This document shows, piece after piece, positions 47,497 through 56,771 of a DNA stretch of 64,000 nt; within the stretch, counting starts at the first letter, position 1; every line of letters starts with the position of its first letter. Source of the stretch: Armatimonadota bacterium (GTDB lineage Bacteria > Armatimonadota > SYMT01). The notes beneath the pieces were generated by a model, which saw only the letters and a program-made list of their open reading frames with translations, was not told the origin of the DNA and did no database searches. The DNA lies in NCBI GenBank assembly GCA_041690135.1, contig JAWLHY010000002.1, positions 848,342 to 912,341 of the forward strand. Reading direction: 5' to 3'. The position numbers were made by a program, and so were the translations under genes.

Positions 47497-48039
47497 CTAT
47501 CGAGAGAGGTAGTCGGAGAAAGAGCCGTAGGGGGATTTGGAATTGCTCTTGCTACAGCAGTCGCAATGCCGCTTGCTCCCGAACGTGCTACCAGCGCCGT
47601 AGTGCGAACCGCCGCCGTAAGTAGGGCTACTGCTGTATGGATTCCGGTAGGCGCCCCCGGTGGTGCTGCCCGAGCTATACGGGCTGGAGAAGGTGCTGCG
47701 GAATGCGGGGGTAGACCCGTAGGTAGAACCCCCGAACGTCGAGCGGCTGCCGTAGGTGCTTCCGAACCCACTGGGGGTGCTCATTGGGCGGAACGGCTGA
47801 TAGTACTCGCTGCTGGGCGACGAGTAGTAGCGGTCGGTGCCAGTGGTCCCTGTATAGGGATTCCGATTTCCGCTGTAGGAGTAGTTGTCGCGCACCGTGT
47901 TGTTCGGGCTGCTGCGGTAGTATCCCCGCACGTACTTGCCATCTCGCCGGGTGTAACCGCTCACGTATTGGTCGGCCTGCACCGCCGTCACAGTGGCGAC
48001 GAGGGCGACCAACGCCAAGCCTAATCTCTTGAACACCAT
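47497..48039 (-). CDS. Secreted hypothetical protein (VxGYxRxDGxYVxGxxR family) with a Ser/Gly/Tyr-rich tail
   Basis: AAGGAG RBS, signal peptide; ADQYVSGYTRRDGKYVRGYYRSSPN...DNYS..GN.NPYTG. Confidence 0.8.
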   Translation of the reverse strand: MVFKRLGLALVALVATVTAVQADQYVSGYTRRDGKYVRGYYRSSPNNTVRDNYSYSGNRNPYTGTTGTDRYYSSPSSEYYQPFRPMSTPSGFGSTYGSRSTFGGSTYGSTPAFRSTFSSPYSSGSTTGGAYRNPYSSSPTYGGGSHYGAGSTFGSKRHCDCCSKSNSKSPYGSFSDYLSR

Positions 48040-48191
48040 TGGCTCCTTTTGTGTCCAGGCTCGGAAAGTCGTACAACTGCCTACCGAGGCCGTAGCTGTG
48101 AGGTAGTCTACCATAAAGGTGGTTGGGTGTCCGGTAGACGAAGCGCGACAGGTTCGACGCAATGGGCAACGCGAGTAGGCAGCGGAGAAGG

Positions 48192-48425
48192 TTACTCGTC
48201 GCTCCGCATTTGCTGATGGACTCGGGAGATGAGTTCATCCGGCGGAATTCTCAACGTCGCCGCGATCTGGAAGAGCATTGAGAGAGTTGGGCTGTTCCGG
48301 CCGGTCTCCAGGCGGCTGACGTGCGGACGGCTGATCCCGCACGCCTCGGCAAAACTCTCTTGCGAAAGCCCGCGAGCGCGCCGCAGTTCGCGTAGGACCT
48401 CGCCAAACGCCCTTTCTGGGCTCAC
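48192..48425 (-). CDS. XRE-family HTH regulator (C-protein-like)
   Basis: AGGAGG RBS, GTG start; FGEVLRELR..RGLSQE.FA...GISRPHVSRLETG.NSPTL. Confidence 0.9.
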   Translation of the reverse strand: MSPERAFGEVLRELRRARGLSQESFAEACGISRPHVSRLETGRNSPTLSMLFQIAATLRIPPDELISRVHQQMRSDE

Positions 48426-48554
48426 CGCCCCATCCTCCTGCCGCCACCGGTAAAGGCGTAAGCAAGTGTGGAAGGAGGCGGTAGGCCGAGGCTGTAACAA
48501 GTATGCTACAGGGTTAAATGATCAGAACCGCGCAACAGAGGGAGGCAAGAGGCC

Positions 48555-48995
48555 ATGAACGCCGATGATGAGTACTTCGCCGAGAAGGTAGCCCGCCGAG
48601 ATAGGTTAGGTATGGCATTGCCGGGCCTGTTGCTTGCAGTGGTAGGTTGCGTGGTTGCCTACAAATTTCGCCTACTGGCCCCCTTCCACCCAGGTAATGG
48701 GGCATTGTTCTGGACGAGCACCGTATGGTTCGGATTGTCCGCCGCCGAGACGTTCAATAAGCGGATGGGACAATGCGTGATGCGAGGGGAACAACCGCCT
48801 TACATGGAGTACCCAGGGCTGCATGTGCCGATGCTCATCGGACGATACGCGCTACTGGCTTACTTGCTGTATCTGGACTGGAGGTGGGCGGGCACCCTGT
48901 ACGTGCTGACGTTGTGTCTTGCAATCTCCCCAATTCTCGAAACAATTGGTAAGGGAGTGATGTTCTTGTGGCTGAAGAAGGCGATTAGTGCATAA
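48555..48995 (+). CDS. Small integral membrane protein
   Basis: GGAGG upstream; about four hydrophobic segments. Confidence 0.65.
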   Translation: MNADDEYFAEKVARRDRLGMALPGLLLAVVGCVVAYKFRLLAPFHPGNGALFWTSTVWFGLSAAETFNKRMGQCVMRGEQPPYMEYPGLHVPMLIGRYALLAYLLYLDWRWAGTLYVLTLCLAISPILETIGKGVMFLWLKKAISA

Positions 48996-49043
48996 GGGGC
49001 ATCAGGCTTTGGTCGGCCGCAGTTTGCCATCGACACGCGATGG

Positions 49044-49622
49044 TCACAACACATTCGAAACTGCAGCGACCGTGAGTGCCATCGCCTTTAGTTCTGCGGC
49101 GTTCGCGTCGTTCTGCAACTGCGCGAAGGTGCGTCGGTGCATTCCGCCCGGCCTCATCCCGAACCGCTGGTAGAGTTCAGACCGCTCAAGAGGTGCGCGG
49201 ATCCGGATAGCCTTCCGGAAGAGGCGGCTGGCCAGATCCTCACGGCAGACCTGATAGGCGAGGCCCAGGCAGTGGCGGCAGAGAGGGCCGATTTCGGCGA
49301 CATAGAGGATCGCGACCCGCCGGCTGCAGTCGGCGCCGGGGCACCGAAACCAGGGGCGAGAACCGCCGTAAGTGCAGGGGGTGTGGTCGATCTCGACCCA
49401 CTCCGACCAACCGTCATCGCTGGTGATCCGGAGCGCGTCGCCTATCGTGTGAACCGTAACGCGGGTGAGCGGCACACCTGCCCGATTCCAGGCATAAGAA
49501 CGGCACTCGCCGGGCTGAAGCGTCCCGTTACGATTCAGAACGCGGATGTCCAGCGAGGCGAATTCGTCGGTCGTTGGCTTGCGGTCGCGGGGGCCTCTGC
49601 GGCCGGAGAAGCGGCTGCCCAT
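49044..49622 (-). CDS. Island-type hypothetical zinc-ribbon protein
   Basis: MGSRFSGR N-terminus; YGGSRPWFRCP..CSRRVAILY...CRHCLGLAY; RPGGMHRRTF. Confidence 0.8.
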   Translation of the reverse strand: MGSRFSGRRGPRDRKPTTDEFASLDIRVLNRNGTLQPGECRSYAWNRAGVPLTRVTVHTIGDALRITSDDGWSEWVEIDHTPCTYGGSRPWFRCPGADCSRRVAILYVAEIGPLCRHCLGLAYQVCREDLASRLFRKAIRIRAPLERSELYQRFGMRPGGMHRRTFAQLQNDANAAELKAMALTVAAVSNVL

Positions 49623-49660
49623 GGCGAAAGTTGACTGTTGATTTCGGTAAAATCCAAAGA

Positions 49661-50032
49661 TCAATGCGGAAGCTCGACCACTTCGCGGCCGTGGCTGTCC
49701 GCTATGGAAAGTTTACCAGACTTCCGTTCCGCATAGAGTTGAGCGCCGGCTTCCCCGGTGGGAGCCAGGGTGTAAACGCCACCGCCGTCTTCGTGGGCTT
49801 CGAGGATCACCAGGGACTTGCCGGCGGTCCCCAGGAGACGCAGGACCGGGCCGTTACTGCCTTCGGCCACTTCCAGCAGGGTGCGGCCGTCGCAGCCGAG
49901 AACCCGTAGCGGGGCTTGGATCACGTGCGGGTTCTCGGCGGTTATCTCGGCCTGGCGCAGACGTTCCCGCACGCGGGCGCGATAGGCTCGCTGGCGGTCG
50001 GCCTGGGTGGCGTGTTTGCGAGGTTGGGGCAT
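49661..50032 (-). CDS. Hypothetical protein with a basic N-terminal DNA-binding-like helix
   Basis: AGGA RBS; MPQPRKHATQADRQRAYRAR. Confidence 0.7.
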   Translation of the reverse strand: MPQPRKHATQADRQRAYRARVRERLRQAEITAENPHVIQAPLRVLGCDGRTLLEVAEGSNGPVLRLLGTAGKSLVILEAHEDGGGVYTLAPTGEAGAQLYAERKSGKLSIADSHGREVVELPH

Positions 50033-50044
50033 CGCGTGTAGTTC

Positions 50045-51313
50045 CTATGAAGCGATGCGCAACGGGGGTGGTGGGAGACACCCGCGAGTGAATGAAGGTA
50101 GACAGGGCCGCGCTGGAACTGCCGTATCGTGTGCCACCTTCCGTGCGATCTCGATCAGCCGAGAGGAAGCGGCCTGGACGCCGGGCAGGTCACCTAAGGC
50201 GGCGGCTTCGTCCAGTGAAGGCCAGGAGGCGGAGAGTGCGTCGTCTTCGTGGTGATCGACCCCCACAAGGATTTCCGCCAACTCGCCCCAGGTCTCGCGG
50301 AGTAGCGCTTGGATACGCTCATCGTTCTGTCGAAGGGTGTCCGAAGCTCCGGTTGCCGAGAGCGCGGTATCGGTGGCCAGGAAAGCTCGCAGCCCGACCG
50401 GATCGGCCATCAGCCACGCGTTCCAGTCTTTGTAGCCGACGGGCCGGAGACGATGCACGCCGCCAACGAGAGGGCGAAGGCGCGTCAGCCACTTCTCGGC
50501 GGCCTGATCGCCTGGATCGTCGGCGTCCGTGGCGACGATAACGGGTCGCACCTTACAGGCGACGGAAAACCACGCAGGGAGGCTGGTGCCGAGGGTGGCG
50601 AGGGTCGGGAGCCCGCAAACGTGAAGCGAGAGAGCATCAATCGGAGCTTCGGTTACCACCAACGCGGAAGTGGACCAAGCGCCGGGAGTTGCAAAAGCAC
50701 CCGATGAGAGGGTGCCACGGGTGAGCGCTTTGGGGCCGAACTCATCCGGAGAGATGGCGCGGCCCTGGACACCAACGAGAATGCCGGAGCGATCTCGCAC
50801 CGCAATAACCACGCGCCGAGACGTAGCTACAAGTTTCCATTGGTCATCTTCCTTGACCCAGTGAGGCCAGCGCGGGTGGTAACGGACCTTCGCCGCTAGC
50901 GCCAGGTCTAGGGGGATGCCGCGCTTGGTCAAGTACTCGGCGCCCGGTGTCCCTGGCAGAGGCACCAGCCCCTGGAGCACGCGTTTCCAGTCCGTCATGT
51001 CCGTGGTGACAGGCGCGGGGGAGGGTGGTAACTCCAGGCGAGCCTTGCGCTTGCGCCGGGTGGTCTCTCGGGGGCGGTCCTCCCACCATTCGCGTAACCT
51101 ACCGGCCGAACGCGGATGGCCTGGGCCGGTGGGGCAGCGTGGGCAATTCCAGAAACCCGATTCCATGTTCGCCGAAAGGCACCGGTGAGCGTCGTCCCGA
51201 GGCTTCGTGTGACCACAGAACGGGCAGAGGAAACGGCGCTCGCGTTTTCCTGGCGGAGCTAGAGGATCATAGGCCTCAAGCTCGGCGAGGGAAAGGAAGC
51301 TAGTGTCCCCCAT
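50045..51313 (-). CDS. Toprim DNA primase-like protein with an N-terminal zinc finger
   Basis: CPFC..H...C...CPRC; YLTKRGI; VTEAPIDALS; ATDADDPG; KDWN. Confidence 0.88.
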   Translation of the reverse strand: MGDTSFLSLAELEAYDPLAPPGKRERRFLCPFCGHTKPRDDAHRCLSANMESGFWNCPRCPTGPGHPRSAGRLREWWEDRPRETTRRKRKARLELPPSPAPVTTDMTDWKRVLQGLVPLPGTPGAEYLTKRGIPLDLALAAKVRYHPRWPHWVKEDDQWKLVATSRRVVIAVRDRSGILVGVQGRAISPDEFGPKALTRGTLSSGAFATPGAWSTSALVVTEAPIDALSLHVCGLPTLATLGTSLPAWFSVACKVRPVIVATDADDPGDQAAEKWLTRLRPLVGGVHRLRPVGYKDWNAWLMADPVGLRAFLATDTALSATGASDTLRQNDERIQALLRETWGELAEILVGVDHHEDDALSASWPSLDEAAALGDLPGVQAASSRLIEIARKVAHDTAVPARPCLPSFTRGCLPPPPLRIAS

Positions 51314-52187
51314 TGCTAGCGGCCTCCGTGAACTGCTGCAAAGCACCGTGAAAGGATAGGCGCACCTGTTGACCGGGGGAACCGTTGCGGTTCTTATCGA
51401 GCGTCAGGAGCACTTGCGTGGAACCCGGTGCGGCCACCACGGCATCTTTGGGGGGCGAGAGATCCCACACGGATTCCGCGCCATATTCGAACCGGCGGGT
51501 GCCCGCACTGGCATTCATGCCACCGGAGCCCATCTGAGCGCGGTTGCGCTCGGCGACGGCTACAACCGGGCACTTGAGCTCCTGGGCGAGCGCGCACACC
51601 AGGCTGATGTGCTGATTGAGGGCATCATACTCATTCTGTGCATCCCCCCAGCCTTGAGCCCAACTGTGAAGACTGTCAATCACGATTAGTAGGTGGGGGT
51701 GGTCGCCACGCGTAGCGAGTGCCACGTCTTGTAGCCAGGCCGGGGTAGCATACTCCAGCGTAGCATCCCCTAGCACAAGACCGGGATACTTGGCGACGGT
51801 CTGCTGCGCGAGGGCCAGGGATTCCGCCGGCAGGAGTTCGCCGGATTTGAGTCTCCCGAGGTAAGTTCCAGTCACCCGCGCGGTGAGACGGCGGAATAGC
51901 TCGAGCCGGCCCATTTCGCAGGACAGGAAAAGAGCCGGGCACCCGCATTCGGAAGCGATTTGCAACGCGAGTGCGGTCTTGCCCGTGCCCGGTTGGCCGT
52001 GCATCACGTGCAGCCCCGGCGAGAGGAACCCGCCGAGGATCTGGTCCAATCGCGACAGGCCGGTAACTGGACCCCGTGGGGTCTTGGCTTGCCGTGCCTT
52101 ATGGGCTAATGAAGCGTCCTCCTCCCACACGGAGAGAAGCTCCCCCAGGCGGGATACTGTCAACCTACTACCCTGTTCAGCACCCAT
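51300..52187 (-). CDS. DnaB-like (SF4) helicase, C-terminal domain only
   Basis: TGLSRLDQILGG, GQPGTGKT, FLSCEM, IVIDSL, KNRNG; AAGGAG RBS. Confidence 0.9.
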   Translation of the reverse strand: MGAEQGSRLTVSRLGELLSVWEEDASLAHKARQAKTPRGPVTGLSRLDQILGGFLSPGLHVMHGQPGTGKTALALQIASECGCPALFLSCEMGRLELFRRLTARVTGTYLGRLKSGELLPAESLALAQQTVAKYPGLVLGDATLEYATPAWLQDVALATRGDHPHLLIVIDSLHSWAQGWGDAQNEYDALNQHISLVCALAQELKCPVVAVAERNRAQMGSGGMNASAGTRRFEYGAESVWDLSPPKDAVVAAPGSTQVLLTLDKNRNGSPGQQVRLSFHGALQQFTEAASNGGH

Positions 52188-52281
52188 GACGGGGCTCCTT
52201 TCGAATAAATCCCGGCGCAAACGGCCGGAGCGTGTGAAACGATGACCAGGCGAAGGGGGTGGCGGGAACCAGCCGCCCCCC

Positions 52282-53547
52282 TTAAAGCCTTAGAGTCTTA
52301 GCGAATGGAAATACCCGCTTCCAGGCACGAAACAGCCAACCCAACTGCCGGGATAGGTGAGAGTTTCTGCCGGGATAGGTGGGAGTTTCTGCCGGGATAG
52401 GTGGTGAGGTGCAGGTGTACAACAGCACCGGTCTTGCCGAAGAACCACACGAGCTTTGCCCAGTCGAGATGCGCCGTTCGGCATAGTGTGCGAGGTCGTC
52501 CCGCACGCACGGGGGCGGCGGAAGGTGGACTCGACGGTTGAGGAAGGCTTCAAGTTGCCCTCTGCGGGTGAGCGCATAGCGATCTTCCGGATGTGTCAGC
52601 ACATCATCGACCCAGTCCTTGAGCGGCATCCCATCGGGGGGAGCCGCCAGGCACTCCACATCGATTAACTGCCCCAAAGCGGCATAGAGGCTGTTGATGA
52701 ACTCTCCCGGATGGTCAAACTGGCGATCGGTTATCTCGATACCGGCCTCGTATAGGTGGCTCCGCCAACTCCGATAGCGGGGCTTAAAGGGAGAAGGTGG
52801 AAGGGAGACGTATTGGGGGGCATTCAGCCGCCAGTCCCTACGGAGATAACGCCCGAGGCGCTTCGCGGTGCGCTGGCGGTAGGGGTCGAGGTGAAGGAGC
52901 CGGGGGGAGAAAGCCGCGACAAAGTATCTGTTGTCGGAGAGGGCTGCGGCTACAAATGCTCCTGGACTATACACATAGATAAGAGCGCCCTGATTCTTGC
53001 CGTTCTCCGGGTGAATAGAGTCGATTTCCAGGAGTTGTGAGTCAATCCCATTAGTCTGAATCCGGAATCCCCTGATGTCGCACATTGCTTTCTTGCACTC
53101 TCTGAGTGCCTTGTCCAGGGGCTTCACGTGCCGATACCTGCAAATGTCGCGTAACGAAAGACAGGCTTTGGCCGGACGCTGGTAATGAAGCCAATGGAGG
53201 ATGGCAATGTCAAAGATATCTGCCAGCGTATCCTCTTTCATCTGCAGGAACTGAGATTCAACCTCGGACATGACGGCGTCACTATGCCGTAGCCACCAGG
53301 CATCGCCATACCGCTCTTCGGGCCGCCGTTCAGGTGACCAGGTTACAACGACCTCCGGGTTCTGGGCCTCTTGATAGTACCGGTTAGCTTCGGCAGGATT
53401 GCTTTGCCAATCGTCACGACGTACGAACGAGCGGTGTAGAACTTGGTCTACTGGGCCATTCGGCACTCTAACAATTGGTCCACAGTAGACAGGATGAGAT
53501 CTCCGGGCGGCAAGACTATTCAACGGTCTTGGTGGCTGCTTCCCCAT
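52282..53547 (-). CDS. Putative replication initiator
   Basis: Lies between xis and helicase/primase and has iterons in its 3' end; no family motif recognised. Confidence 0.55.
   Translation of the reverse strand: MGKQPPRPLNSLAARRSHPVYCGPIVRVPNGPVDQVLHRSFVRRDDWQSNPAEANRYYQEAQNPEVVVTWSPERRPEERYGDAWWLRHSDAVMSEVESQFLQMKEDTLADIFDIAILHWLHYQRPAKACLSLRDICRYRHVKPLDKALRECKKAMCDIRGFRIQTNGIDSQLLEIDSIHPENGKNQGALIYVYSPGAFVAAALSDNRYFVAAFSPRLLHLDPYRQRTAKRLGRYLRRDWRLNAPQYVSLPPSPFKPRYRSWRSHLYEAGIEITDRQFDHPGEFINSLYAALGQLIDVECLAAPPDGMPLKDWVDDVLTHPEDRYALTRRGQLEAFLNRRVHLPPPPCVRDDLAHYAERRISTGQSSCGSSARPVLLYTCTSPPIPAETPTYPGRNSHLSRQLGWLFRAWKRVFPFAKTLRL
52345..52403. repeat. Three 22-bp iteron-like direct repeats (putative oriV)
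   Basis: ctgccgggataggtg(a/g)gagttt at 52345, 52367 and 52389 (third copy partial). Confidence 0.8.
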
Positions 53548-53609
53548 GGCGGAACTCCCTCATAAAGGATCGATTACATGCGCGGATGCTTGGTGCGTCC
53601 CGGGCCGGC

Positions 53610-53843
53610 TCAGAAGCGAGCCGATGTGACTTGGACTGCCAGGGTCTCCGCAACAGCGGGAAACCGGCGGATAAACACGAGGGTTTCCAGTGCGGCAATC
53701 CACTCCGCAGCCGGTAGTGAGTACTCGGAGGCGAGGGTCTCGCACTCCGATCGGATTACCGACTGCAGGGCAGACTCCGCTGTACGACATCCGGCGCATA
53801 CGGCGATCCGGAGCAGATAGTAGAGGCGCTCATTACTCGGCAT
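53610..53843 (-). CDS. Small hypothetical protein
   Basis: 77 aa; overlaps the xis stop, same strand as the replication operon. Confidence 0.4.
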   Translation of the reverse strand: MPSNERLYYLLRIAVCAGCRTAESALQSVIRSECETLASEYSLPAAEWIAALETLVFIRRFPAVAETLAVQVTSARF

Positions 53844-54060
53844 CGTCGCTGGGCAATTGAGCCTCGGAGCGCGCTGCGCCTTCGAGGAGGGCGCGGATTG
53901 CGGATTTCGGAACCAGAATGCGACGCCCTACCCGAAACGAGTAAATCTGTCTGTTCCTGATGAATTCGCGTGATTGTCGCTCGCCAATGTTCAGGATCCT
54001 AGCCAATCCGGCTGGGCTCACGGCCCACGGCGGGCTATAGAGGTCTAGATTCTCAGCCAT
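53833..54060 (-). CDS. Excisionase-like HTH_17 DNA-binding protein
   Basis: SPAGLARILNIG....FIRNRQIYSFRVGRRILVPKSAI. Confidence 0.88.
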   Translation of the reverse strand: MAENLDLYSPPWAVSPAGLARILNIGERQSREFIRNRQIYSFRVGRRILVPKSAIRALLEGAARSEAQLPSDDAE

Positions 54061-54348
54061 GTATGTTTGCCTTTAGGTGCTCCGAGGGTATCATGCTGTC
54101 CCCCTCTGGTAATTCCCACTTCCTCCAGCCGCTACGCGCGGATTCTCCGGGAATTTGTTCTTCGCAGAGTGGGCTACCACTGGTGTGCTTGCCTCTCAGT
54201 GCGCCCAACTCAATGCGGGAGAAATGAGGCCGCTGATGCTGCCGATCCAGAAAATGGCTTCGCATGATGAGGGTAGCCCGCAGGGCACGCGAGGCGGCAA
54301 AAAGACGCCGCTAGCGACCGGAAACCACCTGTAGAACATGGTAAAATT

Positions 54349-54387
54349 CAGGTGTCACACTGACAATACAAAATCGTGTGACACCTG
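54349..54387. promoter_or_regulatory. Operator-like 12-bp perfect inverted repeat in the divergent control region
   Basis: caggtgtcacac-N15-gtgtgacacctg. Confidence 0.7.
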
Positions 54388-54401
54388 GGAGCCATTCCGA
54401 A

Positions 54402-55457
54402 ATGCAGTTAAAGCTGAACTGGGCGAGGGGTGATTACGAGATCGTAGCGGGGCGAGTGCGACCGAGAGGACCTACGGAGGCATACGCGATTGCTTCCGAA
54501 TGGATGGGCCGTGGGCGGCGGACCAACGGTGGCCAATTGGCTGTCTCACTTGCGGGGGTAAGGTTACCCGACCGCAACCTTTCCGTGGATGAATATGCGT
54601 CAGAGGTTGTAGAGCCGCTCCTCGGTTTCTATCGGCAGTGGGGGCCTTTGGGACTTGCGCACCATGAGTTTGGTAGACAGAGCCATGTGCCGCAAGTTCA
54701 CGGGGAAGTTTGGGTGTGGGATGTCGCACCTGACGGCTACCGACGCGTGTTTGAGGCTTTGGACGGTGAGCGGGAGGTCTGGCCACAGCAGATTGGGCGG
54801 CCAGCTTACCCAGGCGGGCCGCTGCCAGTGGCGCAGGATCCAATGAAGAGCGAAGGGGGAAGACCACCGACGGCGACTGTGTTTATCCAGAGTAAACGTA
54901 TAGGGTCGCAATTGTGCTCGGCGACGGAGTTTTACGGGCGCTACTTCCCGAATGCGGTGGAGGGGCGGAGTCCGCAATATCCGATCAGGTTTCCCAATAT
55001 AGTCGTTGGAGGCAGTGCGTTCTGGGATGGGTATCAAGAACCGCTGAACCACGCATTACTTGAGATCGGGGACTTTCAGGATCTCTGGCGTGAAGTAGCG
55101 GAGGCTTCCGTTTATCGGGGAGATCCGAAAGGGCGAACGGAGTGGGTGGAGACAAACCTTATGCCGTACTTGAGAAAGGTTCATCCCCGCTTGGAAGTCC
55201 GCGAGGATGGGATGTTTGAGGGAGTGCTCTGGGCTCCTTCGCTGCTGGATGCAGCTTACTTCGAACTCGCCGCTGTGGCTATGCAAAGTTATGCGAGAAT
55301 CTGCATTCGCTGCGGCAAGCCTTTCGTCACGCCGACCGGCAAACGGCAGGCGTGCCCCAAGCCTAAGGCGTGTGATGATTACGTGCGGAAGTGGAAGGAG
55401 CGGCATCCTAGAGAGCCTTTATCCAAGCTGCCAAAGAAACTAGAAAGGGGATCCTGA
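54402..55457 (+). CDS. Hypothetical protein with a C-terminal CGNR-like zinc finger (putative regulator)
   Basis: RICIRCGKPF....KRQAC....C...VRKWKER; TGATG coupling to the integrase. Confidence 0.7.
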   Translation: MQLKLNWARGDYEIVAGRVRPRGPTEAYAIASEWMGRGRRTNGGQLAVSLAGVRLPDRNLSVDEYASEVVEPLLGFYRQWGPLGLAHHEFGRQSHVPQVHGEVWVWDVAPDGYRRVFEALDGEREVWPQQIGRPAYPGGPLPVAQDPMKSEGGRPPTATVFIQSKRIGSQLCSATEFYGRYFPNAVEGRSPQYPIRFPNIVVGGSAFWDGYQEPLNHALLEIGDFQDLWREVAEASVYRGDPKGRTEWVETNLMPYLRKVHPRLEVREDGMFEGVLWAPSLLDAAYFELAAVAMQSYARICIRCGKPFVTPTGKRQACPKPKACDDYVRKWKERHPREPLSKLPKKLERGS

Positions 55458-56620
55458 TGGCGGGGCATTTGAAGGACCTGGGCAACGGTAAGTGGCGCGC
55501 GTGGTTTGACCTACCGCGCGGGGAAGACGGCCGGCGACAGCAAAAGGTAGTCACCTTTCAGGCGAAGGGCCGGCGCGAGGCGGATAAGCACGTAGCCAAG
55601 TTGGTAGCTGATGCCAACGCAGGCAGGATTCTCGCACCCACGAAGCACACCGTCGAGACCTACTTAGCCGAATGGCTGGAGAAGCGCGGGCAGGATAATC
55701 TATCGCCGAAGACGCTGGAGACCTGGGGCGATCTGGCGCGGGCCTACATCCATCCCCGGATCGGCAAAGTGGTGCTGGAGAAGCTCACCCCGAAGCAGGT
55801 AGATGATCTGTATAACGGGCTCCTGCTGAACGGACGAGTGAGAGGGGACGGAGGCTTATCCCGCAGGAGCGTGCTACACGTGCACCGGCTGCTGTCCGAG
55901 GCGCTGAAGCACGCGGTGAAGGTCGAACTGATCCCGCGCAATCCCTGCGATGGGATGGCGCCAAAAGGAGTCCGGCACAAGGAACGGGAGGCGGTCGAAG
56001 AGTTCGATGCGGAAGCGCTCGGGAAGCTCCTGGAGGCGACGAAAGACACCTGGCTGTATGTCCCCATCGTCCTGGCGACCGGCATGGGAATGCGCCGGGG
56101 GGAATGCCTGGGGCTGATCTGGGAGAACGTGGATTTCAAGAGCGGAGCCATCCATACCCGCATCTCGGTCCAGCAGCTCCGGGGAAAGGGTACCTTCGAG
56201 AAGAGGCCGAAAGGGGAGCGGACGCGAACCGCCGCCATGCCGGGCTTCGTGGCCGGCGCGCTACGCAAGCACAAAAGCGCGCAGGCGGCCCACCGGCTGC
56301 AGGTCGGCGAAGCGTGGGAAGACCGGGGATTCGTGGTGACCGATGGATTCGGGAACCCGAGGTCGCCGGGCTCGCTCACCCATGCCTTTCGGGATGTGAT
56401 CGAACGGGAAGGGCTCCCGAAGATCACCTTTCACGATCTGCGGCACGTGAACGCTACCCTGCTGCTGTTGAAGGGCGTGGACGTGAAGATCGTTTCGGAG
56501 CGGCTGGGGCACTCCACCAGCGCGATCACGCGCGATCTCTACCAACACGTCTTGCGGCCGATGGATCAGGAAGCCGCACGCGCGACGGATGATTTCTTCC
56601 GGGGTGCAGTGGGTGGGTAG
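55457..56620 (+). CDS. int: Tyrosine recombinase/integrase (ICEBs1-like)
   Basis: GMRRGECLGL, FHDLRH, SERLGH, DLYQH catalytic residues; N-terminal arm-binding region; adjacent to att. Confidence 0.97.
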   Translation: MAGHLKDLGNGKWRAWFDLPRGEDGRRQQKVVTFQAKGRREADKHVAKLVADANAGRILAPTKHTVETYLAEWLEKRGQDNLSPKTLETWGDLARAYIHPRIGKVVLEKLTPKQVDDLYNGLLLNGRVRGDGGLSRRSVLHVHRLLSEALKHAVKVELIPRNPCDGMAPKGVRHKEREAVEEFDAEALGKLLEATKDTWLYVPIVLATGMGMRRGECLGLIWENVDFKSGAIHTRISVQQLRGKGTFEKRPKGERTRTAAMPGFVAGALRKHKSAQAAHRLQVGEAWEDRGFVVTDGFGNPRSPGSLTHAFRDVIEREGLPKITFHDLRHVNATLLLLKGVDVKIVSERLGHSTSAITRDLYQHVLRPMDQEAARATDDFFRGAVGG

Positions 56621-56624
56621 GATG

Positions 56625-56723
56625 GTATAACATCCCTCGTGTTATACGTGGGCGGAAAAAAGGCCGGGAAAGGCCCGATTCTGCACGGTGAAAACCACAT
56701 CGGTTATACGCCGTGTTATACGG
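56625..56723. promoter_or_regulatory. Putative integrase arm-binding sites
   Basis: GTTATACG at 56641, 56703 and 56715; inverted GTATAAC at 56625. Confidence 0.75.
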
Positions 56724-56771
56724 AAGCCTTCCCGGCCCGGTTGCAGGGTGTATCGATCTTACAGTTAAGCA

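Noticed and set aside
52345-52403. Mini-CRISPR
   Set aside because: Contiguous 22-bp repeats without unique spacers; an iteron pattern fits better
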